This document shows positions 1 through 14,103 of a stretch of 64,000 nucleotides of DNA, one piece after another (the stretch's first letter is position 1; each line of letters starts with the position of its first letter). The translations under genes were made by a program, and so were the position numbers. Origin of the DNA: Malacoraja senta. Its lineage: Eukaryota. The stretch spans positions 5,954,001 through 6,018,000 of the forward strand of contig CM075997.1 of NCBI GenBank assembly GCA_038087875.1, written 5' to 3'. Below the pieces are notes generated by a model. That model was not told the DNA's origin. It was given only the letters and a program-made list of their open reading frames with translations, and made no database searches.

Positions 1-196
1 ATGCTCCAAGGAACAAAGTCCTTGCCTGCCCAACCTCTCCCTATATCTCAGGCCCTCTGCAACATTCTTGTAAATCTTCTTTGGACACTTAATAACCAAA
101 TCTATACACAATATTCCAAGTGAGGTCTCACCAAGGTCTTGTGCAATTGCAGTCCCAACTCCTGTATTCGTTGTAATAAAAATGAACTGCATTTAC

Positions 197-395
197 ATAG
201 ACACAAATTGCTGGAAAAACTCAGTGGGTCAGGCAGCATCTCAGGAGAAAAGGAATAGGTGACGTTTTAGGTTGAGACCCTTCTTCAGACCCGAAATGTC
301 ACCTATTCCTTTTTCTCCAGAGATGCTTGCCTGAGTTACTCCAGGATTTTGTGTCTATCTTCAGTGTAAACCAGCATCTACAGTTCCTTCCTACA
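197..395. repeat. Penelope-derived palindromic short repeat
   Basis: Inverted arms around CCCTTCTTCAGAC; family recurs at ~33110-33375 and 36740-36940. Confidence 0.7.
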
Positions 396-581
396 CAATG
401 AACTGCAGAGGTTGGTGTATACCAAAAATAGACACAAAGAGCTGGAGTAATGCAGCGGGTTAGTCAGCATCTCTGGAGAAAATGGATGGGTGACGTTTCA
501 GATCGGGGCCCTTCTTCACACTGCTTATAGGGGGAGGAACTGGAAGCAAGAAAACCAGGACAAATCAAGGCCGGCAACATA

Positions 582-985
582 TAGAAACATAGAAACATAG
601 AAAATAGGTGCAGGAGTAGGCCATTCGGCCCTTCGAGCCATTCAATATGATCATGGCTGATCATCCAACTCAGTATCCTGCACCTGCCTTCTGTCCATAC
701 CCCCTGATCCCTTTAGCCACAAGGGCCACATCTAACTCCCTCTTAAATATAGCCTATGAACTGGCCTCAACTACCTTCTGTGGCAGAGAGTTCCAGAGAT
801 TCCCCACTCTCTGTGTGAAAAATGTTTTTCTCATCTCGGTCCTAAATGATTTCCCCTTAATCCTTAAACTGTGACCCCTTGTCCTGGACTTCCCCAACAT
901 CGGGAACAATCTTCCTGCATCTAGCCTGTCCAAACCCTTAAGAATTTTGTACGTTTCTATAAGATCCCCCCTCAATCTTCTAAAA
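582..985 (-). mobile_element. CR1 3' end
   Basis: (CATAGAAA)n tail; RGDLIETYKIL...WNSLP; nearly identical to 21095-21510. Confidence 0.92.
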
Positions 986-1004
986 TAGACACAAATATGA
1001 CATC

Positions 1005-1570
1005 AGGCAGGGTGGTACTGGATGTGCTCATTCTTAAGTGAACGTGGGTTCTCCCCTTCTGCTATAGATGGGTCCCTCACACGTGTCTCTTCTGTGTCCG
1101 CCAGTTTTGCTCTCACTCCCCACCCCTCCAGACGCAACACGAACAATTCCCCTGGTCCTCACTCTCACCCCACCAGCCTCCACATCCAACAAATCATCCT
1201 CCGACATTTCCGTCACCTCCAACGTGTTCCCACCACTAATCACATCTTCCTATCTCCACCCCCTTCTGCAGAGACCACTCCCTCCACAACTCCTTGGTTC
1301 ACTCATCCATTCCAACCCAAACCACCCCCTCCCCAGGTACTTTCCCCTGCAACGCAGGAGATGCAACACCTGCCCTTATATCTCCTCCCTCGATTCCATC
1401 CAGGGACCCCGACAGTTCTTTCACGTGAGACAGACGTTTGCATGCATCTCCACTAACCTCATCTACAGCATCCGGTGTTCCCAATGTAGGCTCCTGTACA
1501 TCAGTGAGCCAAGCATAGACATGGCAACCATTTCGCTGAATACTTACCCTCGGTCTGCCAAGACCTAATC
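1005..1570 (+). mobile_element. Penelope-like fragment (RT thumb to GIY-YIG)
   Basis: FLSERGF, IPLVLT, RRCNTCPY...NLIYSIRCSQC motifs, frameshifted. Confidence 0.85.
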
Positions 1571-2269
1571 AGTCCTTGTCTATTCAAATGCTGGTAGATC
1601 CTGCCCTCACAATACTCCCCAGTAACTTGCCCACCACTGTGAGATTAATCTTTATAAGAGGACCATTTAGTAGTCTGATAGCAGCAGGGAAGCTGTGCCT
1701 GAATCTAGTGTCCTCATTATCCCAATGTTCCAGTGATGAGTGCAGGACCGGGGAGATGGCATCTCCAGTAGATCTGTTGTGATGGTACACAAACTGCAAT
1801 GGATCAAGGCTATAGGGAGGCTGGAGTTCATGAATGCCATGACCAGTCTCTTGAACTAGTACTTACTGATGATGGATGTCAGAGCCATTAAAGTTACCTT
1901 GCTTTTCGTTGGCACCGGGATGATAATGGGTCTTTTCAAAGCAGGTGATACAGAATAGAAAGACGTAAAATATGTCTGTCAATACTCCTGCTAGCTGCTC
2001 AGTGCCTGGAACTCTGTCCAGGCCATTTGCTTTCAGGGGGTTCACTCTCAGAAGGATAATCTGACATCTGTAACAGTAACGGTAGGTACAGGTGCAGTTA
2101 CTGTTGGGGCACATGATCCAAGACAAGTTGGCAAACTGGATCCACAATCGACACGATAATGGCAGAGGATTGTTTTTGTGCTTGGATGCTTGTGACTAGA
2201 TAGATGCTGAAATGCTTGATTGCAATACTCAAATGACTTGGATGTGGATGTGGGAAGCATGATCAGTAA

Positions 2270-4320
2270 CTGTCGATGACAGGATGATTGGCTGCTTTAT
2301 TGATAGTGTGGAAGATAGTGTTAGATTGCAGAGTGTGATGGTGAAATGGGCTGAAAGATAGCAGATGGAGTTTAATCCAGTCAACTATGAGTGATGCATT
2401 TTGGTTAGGATATACACTATAAATGGTTAGGCCTTCGGAAGTATTGCCGAACAGAGGGACCTCCGAGTGCAGGTCCATACATTATTGGTGGCAAATCAGA
2501 TAGACAATGTGATTAAGAATGCATAGGAGTTGTCATTGTGTTCCACACAGTTTAGGGATGTTATGCGCCACCTTCATAAAATATTGATAGACACAAAAAG
2601 GTAGAGTTACTCAGTGGGACAGGCAGCATCTCTGGAGAGAAGGAATGGGTAACGTTTCAGATCGAGACACTTCTTCAGACTGGCTAGGGATAAGGGAATC
2701 TAGAGATATAGACGATAATGAGGAGAGATAAAGAACAATGAATAAAAGATATGCAAAAAAGTAGCGGATAAAGGATACAGGCCATTGTTAGCTGTTTGTT
2801 TTCGGGGATAGGGCCAGTGTACGCCTGGAACAGGGTACAATGTTCAATGTACCCTATAAAAAGGCAGGCATAGCTGGGGCCCATGCAGCTGCCCATAGCA
2901 ATGTTCATAAAACATTGGTCAGACCTCAGCTGGAGTACTCCATGCTGTTCTGGTCACTAGATCAGGCACAGATGAAGTTCTCCAGGAAGTTTGCCTAGGA
3001 TGGAGCAGTTCTGTTATGAGGACTGATGGGGAAATACTAGGGGAAGAGATTTAGAAGGGATCTGAGGGAATCTTCACCCAGAGAGTGGTGAGTACCAGGA
3101 ATGCACTGCTGGAGAGAGTGGTTGAAGCTGGGTCAGTGTAAGCACTACGAAGTGTCTAGGTGATCATATGAATTGCTTAGTACAGAGGGTTTTGGACCAA
3201 GTGCTGGGGGTGTGATTAATACAGAAGGGTGTCTACTGATTGATGTGGACAAAATGAGCCAAATGGCCTGTTTTCATGCTGCACTATTCTTGAAAAAGGT
3301 GCAGTATGTAAATCATATCTGTAGTTTTTGTTCCTGTTCCATCTCCCCCCTTCCCCCAAGCAATCCAGATGCTTCTTCCCCATCCTTGAGGCACACCCGA
3401 GTGACGCACACACACCCAAGGCCAAGCATGCTCCATGTCTCGTTACTCCAGGACACTGAAACATTGGATGATTTAAAAAAAATCTTTCATGCAAAGGGTA
3501 GTAAATCTTAGACATTTTTTGCCCAAGAGTACAGTGGTACTCAACAACTGAGACAAGATGCATTATCTTTTGGATATTCTTTGGAGTATTTCATGCTGTT
3601 TTGATCACCCCAATACAGGAAGGATAAGGAGGCTTTGGAATGAGTGCAGAGGAGGTGTACCAGAATGATGCCTGGATTAATTTATGGAATTCCCTGCCAC
3701 AGAGGGCAGTTGAGGCCAAATCACTGGATGGATTTAAGAGAGAGTTAGATAGAGCTCTAGGGGCTGGTGGAATCAAGGGATATGGTGAGAAGGCAGGCAC
3801 GGGTTATTGATTGGGGACGATCAGCCATGATCACAATGAATGGCGGTGCTGGCTCAAAGGGCCGAATGGCCTCCTCCTGCACCTATTTTCTATGTTTCTA
3901 TGTAAACGACATTAGCTACGGGGAATGGTTGGGCAAACTTGGATTGTTTTCACTAGAATGCTGTAGGTTGCTGGGAAACCTGCTAGAAGTATCTAAAATT
4001 AGAAAAGGCATAGATAGGATAGACAGTCAGAACCTTTTCCCCAGGTTGGGTTAGCTTTAAGGTGAGTGGGATAAAGTTTAAAGGAGATTTGCTGGCTAGC
4101 ATTTATGCACGGAGGGTGTTGAGTGCCTGGAATGTGCTGCTGAGAGCTCTGGTTGAAGCACATAAGATAGTGGCATTTAAGGGACTTTTGAATAGACATA
4201 TGGATAAGCAGGGAATGGAGGGATATGGATTGTGTGCAGGCAGACAAGATTTGGTCTTGGCATCATGTTTGGCACAGGCATTGTGGGCTGAAGGGCTTGT
4301 CAGTGTGCTATATTATTATT
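2270..4320 (+). mobile_element. Cluster of old CR1 3' fragments with a younger nested CR1 end (~3680-3903)
   Basis: Degenerate CR1 ORF2 C-terminus and 3'UTR sequences; TTTCTATG tail at ~3890. Confidence 0.7.
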
Positions 4321-5598
4321 TCTATTAAATAAATTGGAGGAATGGGGTTCATGCAGGAAAGTTGCACTGAGTGAAAAGGTGAGCAGTCATTTTATTGACT
4401 GTATTGTAGACACAAGAAGCCTCATGAAATACTTATATGTAGAAACAAGGAACTGTACATGCTTTTATACAAAACAAGTTTTCCAATGTTGTTAAATAAA
4501 TAAATCAACTTCCCTTTTCAAAAGAACAAAAAACAACACATCCAAGATGGTAAATTTAGCCTAAAATGATGGTCAGATTTATTTACATGCTGCTATATAT
4601 ACAATATATAGAACCATGGAGACAGAAATGAAATGCATTGCCTTTTTTAAAATGATGTAATCATAGTCTTAATGGGATACCACATGGATGCGGGACGATT
4701 GACCTCAGAGTCCACATTGACCATCAATTACCAACCATTTACACTAAATCTACTTTAAAACCATTATTGATTCTCAAAATTTCATCAACTTTCTCCGATT
4801 CTGGGAGCAATTTACAGTGCCCGAGGTCTCAGTCTACAAGGATGCTGCTTTATCAACTGTACCATTATGCTTCAAAAATCAATTAATATTTTTTAATGTT
4901 CCTTAAAGTTTGATTGCTAGCCAAACTTAATGGAAGTGGTGTTTGATATTTATATTTTTACAATAATTTAAAATGATTTTATTGTTAATTTCAATTTTGG
5001 AATGCCGAAAAGTGGCATCGCAGGTAGTTAGAGTGCATTTGGCATGCTGGCCTTTATCAGTCAGGGAACTGAGTACAAAAGTGGGGCATTATGTTACAGT
5101 TGTTCAAGCCTAGCAGGATATTGGGAGCAGCACAGATTTAAAAAATACGTATGAGAGAATGTGGGAAGTGGGCCAAATCACGCATAATCCGAGGCAATAG
5201 TTGAGCACATTTCTGCTAAGTAACCCAACCAAAGTATCAAAGAGTTCATGCTGCATACCTGATGAAAATGTTGATAAAAACAATTTCAACCTCTCTGCAA
5301 TTTTTGATTTAATTGATAAATCTATTAAGATAAAAAAGGAGAATTAAATACCATTAGGGACTAATTTTATGCAGGCAGGTATGAGTCACTGAGTTTCAGT
5401 TTTGACACGGGTTAGTGGAATCTTTTCAAAAACAGCGAGTTGAGGACATTTTTTAATTATATATACCCCAAATTGAATGCATGATATCAATCACACTGAA
5501 TTTATTTCTCAAATTTTTGATCATAAACTTCAAAAATGGAGGTAAATCTGAACAGTTGATCATCATTAGTTCATGAGTGAAAGAAGAGGTTAAATTAA

Positions 5599-5801
5599 GG
5601 GCCTGTCCCACTCTCACGACCTAATTCACGGCTTTTTTTACTCGTGGACATTTTTCATCATGTTGAAAAAATGCCAGGACCTACTTGATGCCACGAGTAC
5701 CTACGACTAGCATCACGACCTACCCACGACCTCGTGACGACCATGCTGCAAGTAAGAGTCAAGGGCAAACTAGGCAGAGGTCGTGAAAGTGGGACAGGCC
5801 C
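5599..5801. mobile_element. Non-autonomous TIR element (MITE), probably PIF/Harbinger
   Basis: TIRs GGGCCTGTCCCACT...AGTGGGACAGGCCC with TWA-like flanks; no ORF. Confidence 0.75.
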
Positions 5802-6786
5802 TATAGGGAGATTATTTTCCTTGGAAATTGGACCAAAATAAACCTCCCCTAAGAAATTCATGAGTCCAGGTGGTTTAAGACTGTGCTATAAACAGCTTTA
5901 CACACTCCAAGGCCTTAACTACTTGTGCTGTGCTAGCACCCAGCAATGGACCACGAGCTGCTCGGGCAGGTGCAGGCCTCAAGTGTAATCAAGGTGTATT
6001 TCTACACCAGTGGCCGCAGACTCGCCATCCGGGCGTGATTGCAAGTTACAGAAATGATACATAGCTGGACGCAGCTCAGACCATCACACAAAGCAACCTC
6101 CCTTCTATTAACTCCATTTACACCTCTTGCTGCCTCGGCAAGGCCAGCAGCATAATCAAGGATGAGTCGCACCCTGGCCACTGCCGCTTCTCCCCAATCC
6201 CATCAGGCAAAAGGTATAGAAGTGTGAAAATGCATACCAGTAGATTCAGGGATAGTCTACCTCTTTGGTAACCCTTAGACTTAGGTGATCGGACTTTGCT
6301 GGCTTTATCTTGCACTAAACGTTATTCCCTTATGTATCGATACACTGAAAATAGATCGATTGTAATCATTTATTGTCTTTCTGCTGACTGGTTTAGACGC
6401 AACAAAAGCTTTTCACTGTACCTCGTTACACTAAACTAAACTGAGCTGAAGTTACTATTTATGTTCTTGCTCCTCTACTTTGTGCTCTGCCATTTCAATC
6501 ATATGCATATTCAATCATTATGGATCAAAATTGAATTGTACAAAAAAAATAGAAACGGGGCATCATGTCACCTAAGTGTTTTTAATCTAGACTGATGAGG
6601 ATTCAGTGATCTGGTGTATGTCTGCTTTGTTCCTTTTGTTGGAGAAACATTGGGAGATGTGCTTACACCTGGGAAAAACATTCTTGATGATGTGGCATTA
6701 CTGATGGAGTGCTCACATCACTGTATTTAACACCTTATATACATTATGTAGAATTGACCACTCATCTGTTATTCATACCAGTTTTC

Positions 6787-6792
6787 TTTATT
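6787..6792 (-). terminator. Candidate polyadenylation signal of the MSANTD1-like gene
   Basis: TTTATT on + = AATAAA on -, ~43 nt past the stop codon; AT-rich context, so weak. Confidence 0.35.
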
Positions 6793-6834
6793 TTAAAAAA
6801 AATAGATGTTTGTAAGTTCAGGCTGCATATATGT

Positions 6835-7093
6835 TTAGAAACGATTTGTTTTTTTTGCACAATGCTGGCAAACGACTTTCTCTAACAATTGTAACATGTG
6901 CTGCTGAAGTTGCAAGCTTTTATTTAACAAGAGAGTTTGTTGGTCAAGAATTCTCCGAACCTCTCTATTTGTTTCTTCCACAGCTGTGCTTATTTTCTTC
7001 TGTTCTTCCAGCATTGATTCCATTAGTTTTAGGCTTTTCTTGTGTAAGTCAGCATTTGATGCTCTCCTTTTTTTGATGGATCCCGATTCATTT
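6835..7093 (-). CDS. MSANTD1-like gene, coding exon 3 (C-terminal coiled coil, stop)
   Basis: acceptor tcattgcag|A, phase 2; IKKRR...KKSLKLMESMLEEQKKISTAVEETNREVRRILDQQ...SLQLQ matches the MSANTD1 C-terminus; TAA at 6835-6837; spliced CDS 783 nt = 260 aa. Confidence 0.9.
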
Positions 7094-7194
7094 CTGCAAT
7101 GATTAAAGAATGTGCAGAACACTTAATTAGAACATGGGCAATGCATTACAGGTTCACAAATCACATTCAAAACTCATGATGTCTTTATCACGGC

Positions 7195-7492
7195 GTCATG
7201 GTGGCGCAGCGGTAGAATTGCTGTCTTGCAGCACTAGAGACCCGGGTTCGATCCCAACTACAGGTGCTGTGTGTACGGAGTTTGTACGTTCTCCCCGTGA
7301 CCGCGTGGGTTTTCTCAGGGATTTCCTCCCACACTCCAAAGACGTACAGCTTGTAGATTAATTGGCTTGGTATAAATGTAAATTGTCTCTTGTGTGTGTA
7401 GGGTAGTGTTAATGTGTGGGGATCACTGGTCGGTGCAGACTTGGTGGGCTTGTAGGGTCCGTTTCCGCGCTGTATCCCAAAACTAAAATAAA
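7195..7492 (+). mobile_element. tRNA-derived V-SINE
   Basis: A box TGGCGCAGCGG, B box GGTTCGATCC, V-domain GGAGTTTGTACGTTCTCCCCGTG, CR1-like tail with (CTAAA). Confidence 0.85.
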
Positions 7493-9995
7493 CTTTCGAT
7501 TCTACATTGTAAAAATGAAACTTCGGCATAATTAAAATCTCTTCAGCAAAAAAATGCAGTTCATTGGAGGAGAAATTAGACAGATACCCCACCAGCTTAA
7601 AAAAGGCAGGAAAGGATTGGGGTGGAGCTGAGAAAAGGTGGGGGTGGGAACCACTGAAACTTAACTTCATTTTCATGGGTTAAAGTAGTCAATTGAAACA
7701 CAAGATGGTGCAGTGCCTTTTGTGTGGTTCTAGGTTCAAATCCAGAAAAAAAATACCTGCTAGCTGCAGAAGTTCTGTACGTAAAAGCAAATCAGACTCA
7801 ACTCACTTTCTTGTTTTGTATAATTATGTGACAATAGTCATGTATGTTCCACGGAATCTTATCTGAAGTCAGGCAGGATCTAAGCACAGAATTGTGTAGA
7901 ATTTAGGTGATAAGACTGATCATCTCCCCACCGAACTGACCTATATTTATCCACTTGATGTCAATTGTTACATCATTTTCTGACTGCATCAGCCTCTCAG
8001 ATCTTAAGCTATTTATGCATTTCAATTAACTACTGCTCCATAGGGCTAATTAATGATGGTGGTGTTTGCCTCGAGATACAACAGCATTAACTGAGTTTCC
8101 TTTAGATAACTCACTGCACCTGAAGGAAGAGAGCATTGCAGTCATATCCTCTCCTTCGAGTAATGTGCATATTTATTTATATGGTCATTGATTCCTGCTC
8201 AGGGTTCGAGTCTCTACAGCATGGGTAGTCTTGGTCTCTGTTTGACTGCTTTGCTGACTTTTGCGGTTTGGCATCACAGGAATGTCACATGAACGATAAT
8301 TACTGAGAACTCCATCCATGTGTAAATAGTAACTGAAACAATCTTCATGATTAGGGGGTTCTGATGGTGCAAATGGGCAGGCAGAATCTGCTCCTACTAA
8401 AATGTATTTTCTTGCTGAGAATGGATAAACAAGAGACTGAAAATGCTGAAATCATGAGCAAAAATCAAAAGTGCTTGAGGAACTCAGCATCTGTGGAGGG
8501 AAATGGACAGAGAATGTTTTGGGTTGGGACCTTTCTTCAGACTGATCAGTCTGTTAACTGCAAACATTTTCTTAGCATTTCCCTCAAATGCAGGTGTTCA
8601 ACCAGTATTTGTTTTTTAACTGTTGAATGGGAAATGTTTATTTTAGATTATGTGCCTGACACAGTGTGAATTTAAAAAGATAACAGAGATTCTGAGAACT
8701 AAACTGAAGCTTGACTGATTAAAGTAAAATGGACAGAATTTTATTGTAGACACGAAATGGTGGATGCTGTAATCAAGAGCAAAATTCAAAGTGCTGGAGG
8801 AACGCAGCAGGCCTGGCCACATCTGTGGAGGGAAATCGACAGACATTATTTTCTGTTGTGACCCTTCAGATGGTTCAGACAATTTTATTATAGATTACTT
8901 TGTGCATCTAGTGCAAATATTTCTCTATTTCCACAGAGATTAAATACTGTGAGTGAATTAAAGTACAGTTTCTAAATGCTTCTGGTTAATTGCCCTCATT
9001 AATATAAAGTTATAAATAGTGAGAGAAGACAATTTTCAAATTGAAATGGGAATTAAAAGAATCTCTACAAAGAAGTCTTAGAGAAAGATAATCTAATTTT
9101 AAAAATCTAAAAGCCAATTTAAATACTTGTTTCCTTTAAAACATTTCCTGTTGGAAGTCATGAATTTGATTGATTATTCATGAAAGATTTGAAGAATTCT
9201 CTAAGAAAGCACAAATCGGGAGAAGTAACAGAAACACAAGTGAATTTGATGCAACTTCTCGATCTTCAATATCAACCATCTGTCTGTCTCTAAAGATGCT
9301 GCCTGACCCACAGTTCCCAGTCGCACGTACCTATCCACGCCCTGAGTTTGTTGCCTTACCTGTCAGGCCTCTCACACTAAAATAAGTGCAATTGAAATCA
9401 ACAGTCCTTCCATCCCCCTTCCATGCTTCTGCCTATTCTGTCCACCATTAAACCCACCCGTGCAGCACTAGCAAACCTGCCTGCCAGGATAATGCTTCCC
9501 CTCAATTTCAGGTGTAACCCATCCTCGTACAGCTCACCTCTGCCCCAATGGTCTAAAAATCTGAATCCCTGCCCCCAGCATCAAAACCTCAGCCACCCAT
9601 TCATCTGCCTAATCTTCCTGTCCCACCCTCACTAGCACGTGGCGCTGGAAATAATCCAGAGTTCATTACTCTGGACCAGGCTACCACTACCATTTCTACT
9701 CCCAAACACAAATCTGGGAATAGAAAAGGAAAATTAGCAAATTTCTTGTGAAGAATTTGTTGACTAGCCTTTAAATAATGGTGGAGTAAATGGTGTAACA
9801 ATATTAGATATGAGATTTTGCACTTGCATATCCCGTTTTTAGATGTATTCCTGTCAACATTCCTGTCAACATTCTATAGACAAATTAATCAATTGAAATT
9901 ATTTTTTTGTAAAACTTAATTTTTGCAAATAGCAAAACTTAATTTTTGCAAATTCCACTTGGAAATAAAAAAGTGTAGAGTTCCATAAACCTAAT

Positions 9996-10323
9996 AGCCC
10001 TGTCCCACGGTACGAGTTCATTCCAAGAGCTCTCCCGAGTAAAAAAAAAATCAAACTCGTGGTAAGCATGGAGAATGAACGTAGCGGGTAAGTCGGAGCT
10101 CGGGGACGTCTCTTAGCGGCTCGTACCGCTAACGGCAGGTACTCGGGAAGACTCGGTAATGGCAGGTAAGCACAGGAAGGCTCGTGAAGATTTTCCAACA
10201 TGTTGAAAAATGTCCACGAGAGCTCCGAGTACCGACGAGTGGCCATTACCGTAAATCTCTGAGTTCGAATCAGGGCAAACTCGGGAGAGCTCTTGGAATG
10301 AACTCGTACCATGGAACAGGGCT
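9996..10323. mobile_element. Non-autonomous TIR element (MITE), related to the 5599-5801 element
   Basis: 45-bp TIR AGCCCTGTCCCACGGTACGAGTTCATTCCAAGAGCTCTCCCGAGT (2 mismatches); shares CCTGTCCCAC terminus and internal GTGGACATTTTTCA.CATGTTG with the first MITE. Confidence 0.8.
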
Positions 10324-10382
10324 TTAAGTCATCCCGTTTGAAATTGATCCATAAGAGAAATGTAAAAAAAATATTACCTTAC

Positions 10383-10652
10383 CTCAGTTGTGGAGAATGA
10401 AAACTAGGTGAATTTTCCACAAGATCGGATTGGTAAGAACTTCCCTCAGATATCAAGGCATCATCATTTGGAAATGTTTGTTTCTGTGAGGGTGATGGAG
10501 TTTTTGATTTGGAAGCTGAAGGTAATTGTGTTATATCCTCAGATATACTGGGTTCATCCTGCCCAGGGAACTGAGCAAGCATTTTGTGGATTGCTTCATA
10601 ATAGGGCCAGTACGAAGAAGACGCTATATTTCCACAAGTAGCTTTGAGTTTT
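10383..10652 (-). CDS. MSANTD1-like gene, coding exon 2
   Basis: acceptor ttttgcaattag|A, donor GAG|gtaagg; 270 bp, phase 2-2; KLKATCGNIASSSYWPYYEAIHKML completes the Myb/SANT-like domain, then a Ser/Pro-rich linker. Confidence 0.88.
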
Positions 10653-13600
10653 CTAATTGCAAAATGAAATATTAGTTAGAAATCATTTGCCATATATTCA
10701 AAGAAAATAAACATGGTTGATATTGTAGTTTCACTAAGAAGATTCCGTTATTCGATTTTCACTGGGTGGTGGGTGTATGGAACAAGCTGTAGGGAGGTAG
10801 TTGAGGCTGGGACTATCCCATTGTTTAAGAAACAGTTAGACAGGTACATGGATAGGACAGGTTTGGAGGGATGTGGACCAAGCACAGGCAGGTGGGACTA
10901 GTGTAGCTGGGACACGTTGGCCGGTGTGGGCATCACTCTATGACTATGATTGAATGTAGAATTTTGAATGTTGAATGAACACTATATAATGGAATACATT
11001 TTTATTGATTTATATATTTAAAGCAAATGTGAAATCAGCTTCTGTGCCATTCTGAAAGAATAAGATGCAGAATGAATTACATGGTAAAAAACAGCCCTCA
11101 TTTCCTGAAAGTCTTAAAAATGTTGAATAAATGAATTGTGGTGTTGTAGACCGCGAATAGATTACTTATTTTACAGTTGACAAGTATATTAAAAATATTA
11201 TAAAAATAACTGCAATGGAATCATAAAACCTTATTTTAATGATCATCTGAGAATCACATAGCCAGCGATCATTGATTATAATTTGCAGTAATGTGTAGTT
11301 AGCTAAAAAGGGAACACAATTGTTCCTATAAATCTGCATAGTCCATAGTATTATTATTGGGAATATGGCATCGGTTGTGTGAAAAGGACATTATTAGTCA
11401 AAGAGTTATAGAGCACAAAAATGTACCCTTTGGCTCCTCATCGATGCCGACCTAGATGCCTTTCTAGGGCATCCTTTGGCTGCATTTGCCCCATATCCCT
11501 CAAACTTGACCAAATGTCTTTAAACCTTTTAATTGTAAATACTTCCACCACTTCTTCTGGCAGCTCATTCCATACACCCACTATCCTCCATGTGTCAAAA
11601 CCTGCCCCTCAGGACCTGTTGAAATCTCCCATCTTTCACCTTAAACTTCTAGGTTATAGATTCACCTATTTGGGCAAAAGGGTGAGATTGGATAAGAAAG
11701 GCAGGTTTGTTTGTTTTCCCTGGGATGGAGCATGCTGACGGGTGACATGATAGAGGTATACAAAATCATAAGGGCAGAGATGTTAGATGGTCAGAATGAT
11801 GGGTGTATCAAAAACAAAAACATGGGTTTAAGGTGAGAGGAAGGAGTTTTAAAGGGGATTTGAAGGAAACGTTTTTTTATTTGCATACAGCACAGAAACA
11901 GGCCCTTCAGCCCAAACTGTCCATGACAAACAAGTTGGCATTCTGGGCTTGGCCCATTGGCAGCATTATGCCCATATAGCTGGCCCAATATTATCTTTTA
12001 AAATTCACAATTATATACACATCCATCGCTTCCACTGACAGTTCATTCCAGATATGGACCACCCTCTGTGTGGAAAAAGTTGATCTCAATTATCTCCCCT
12101 CTCACCTTAAGCCTATGCCCTTTCATTTTGGAAGCCGATAAGACTATCTCCTGGGAAAAAGTTGTGTGAGCATTCACTTTATCCATGCCTCTCATGAGCT
12201 TGTCTACCTCAATGTCACCCCTTAGTTTCCTACGCTCTAAAGAGATATTTGAACGTATTTGCACAGACAAGCCATAGAAGGATATAGGATCTTGTATGGA
12301 TGGGCAACATTTTGGCATACATATGCTGGGTGGAAGGGCCCTTTTCTATGCTGTACATTGAAGTCCACATTTATTGTCACATGCACCACATGCACAATGC
12401 TATGACTCTGCGATTCTGAACCTAATTGGATAGGCAAAACTGCAAGTTGGCATTCTGGGCTTGGCCCATTTGCAGCATTATGCCAACTTGCAGTTTTGCC
12501 TATCCAATTTCATTTTGGAAGCCGATAAGACTATCTCCTGGGAAAAAAGGCACAAAACTGCATACTGCTGTGTAACTGGAAAACCCAATTATTTTCTTTA
12601 CACATAAGCATCCGGATTTTCAATATATTTTTAATTTACCACTATAATTTAGCACTCCAATCCAGAGGCCATTTTGGGTTTTTCATGCAAAAATAAAAAT
12701 TTACATATATATCTGGCAAAAAATTAAATGCATCTGAATCTTTAGGCTATAATTGGGTCAAATTCAGGGGTAGAAGAGGAATGATTGGAGAGGCTACCAG
12801 AGGGCCATGAATAATTAGAGATTTATGGAGCCAAGGTTATGAATAGCAGAATCGGCACAAACACAAAGGACACCACAAAAGGAGACATCTGGAAACTGAC
12901 TCATTTACCTCAGTAACAGACAATGTAAAATCTGATAGCTTTTAACAAACACTGAAGCAAGCCTGATTAATGCCTGCTTGGCTGTGAGCCTTGTGTGCGG
13001 TGAACAGTTTTACATATGTAACGTGATCTTTTATAGCAGAGAAACAACAATCTGTCGTACTGGCACCAATTGCATACAGTTTTTGATAACATTTTATTGT
13101 GTAAACATAATGTTATGCAGTATCATTTTGATATCCATTACGTTTAGTTTTCTAATACCAAATTAAACCATATGGGAGGATTTTGTGATCATCTGCACTG
13201 ACCTGCTTAGAAAAAAAGGCACTAAATGCTTAATCATTCTTCCAGTATAGAGTGCTGAGAAGATTCTCATTTTTCAGGCCTTGTGCGTTGTAAGGAACTG
13301 ATGGCATAAAACAGGCACCAAAACTAGCTCTATCTACAATCTATCTACTATCTGTAAATTTAACAATCGGCTCGAACGTGCTCCAGACTCTGTCAGATTT
13401 GTCAAGTACTTAAATCTATTAAAACATTCCATTTCTGAATGTTTGTGAAACATGCAAAACAATTTAAAATTTTAAACATGTTTAAATTAAATAAAAGACA
13501 AAAATCTTTCAAATACTTGGAGGAAAAAAATCACATTTTCAGCACTTGTAGTTTCCAACACCTGTCCATATTACATTTTTACATTAGCAAGTCAGTGGAG

Positions 13601-14103
13601 ATTTATATATAAAAATAACTTGTCAAGATTGGAAAGAACATTTTCAAGTAATAACCCAATTATTTTGATTAAAATCAAGGGGGAAAAAAGGAGATAAAGA
13701 ATGTTCTGGCAAATTCTTATTGGAAGTGATGGACAATTGGTGTCATGTTCCCCATTGAACACCATGATGACTCCAATGTTGGAACGCAGCTTGATGACTC
13801 ATGGCGCTAAACATCTTTTAATTTGATTTTAAACACAGATGCTCAGAATTCCAGATGTTGGCATCATTTTGCTGAAAATTTCACCCTCATTACCCTGCAA
13901 AATCTCTACATTTTTTTGTAGACTTACCTTAAAACATTTCCAAATGTTGTAGCTGCTCTGACAATAGAAGTGTTTTTGGCATTATCTTGAGATATTGATG
14001 ATTTATAGAATGGATGAGCAGTTTCAATTTAATACAGAAAGGAATCCTCAGAGACAGCATTATTTCAATTTTAATACATTTTACAAACAAATATAATGCT
14101 TAC

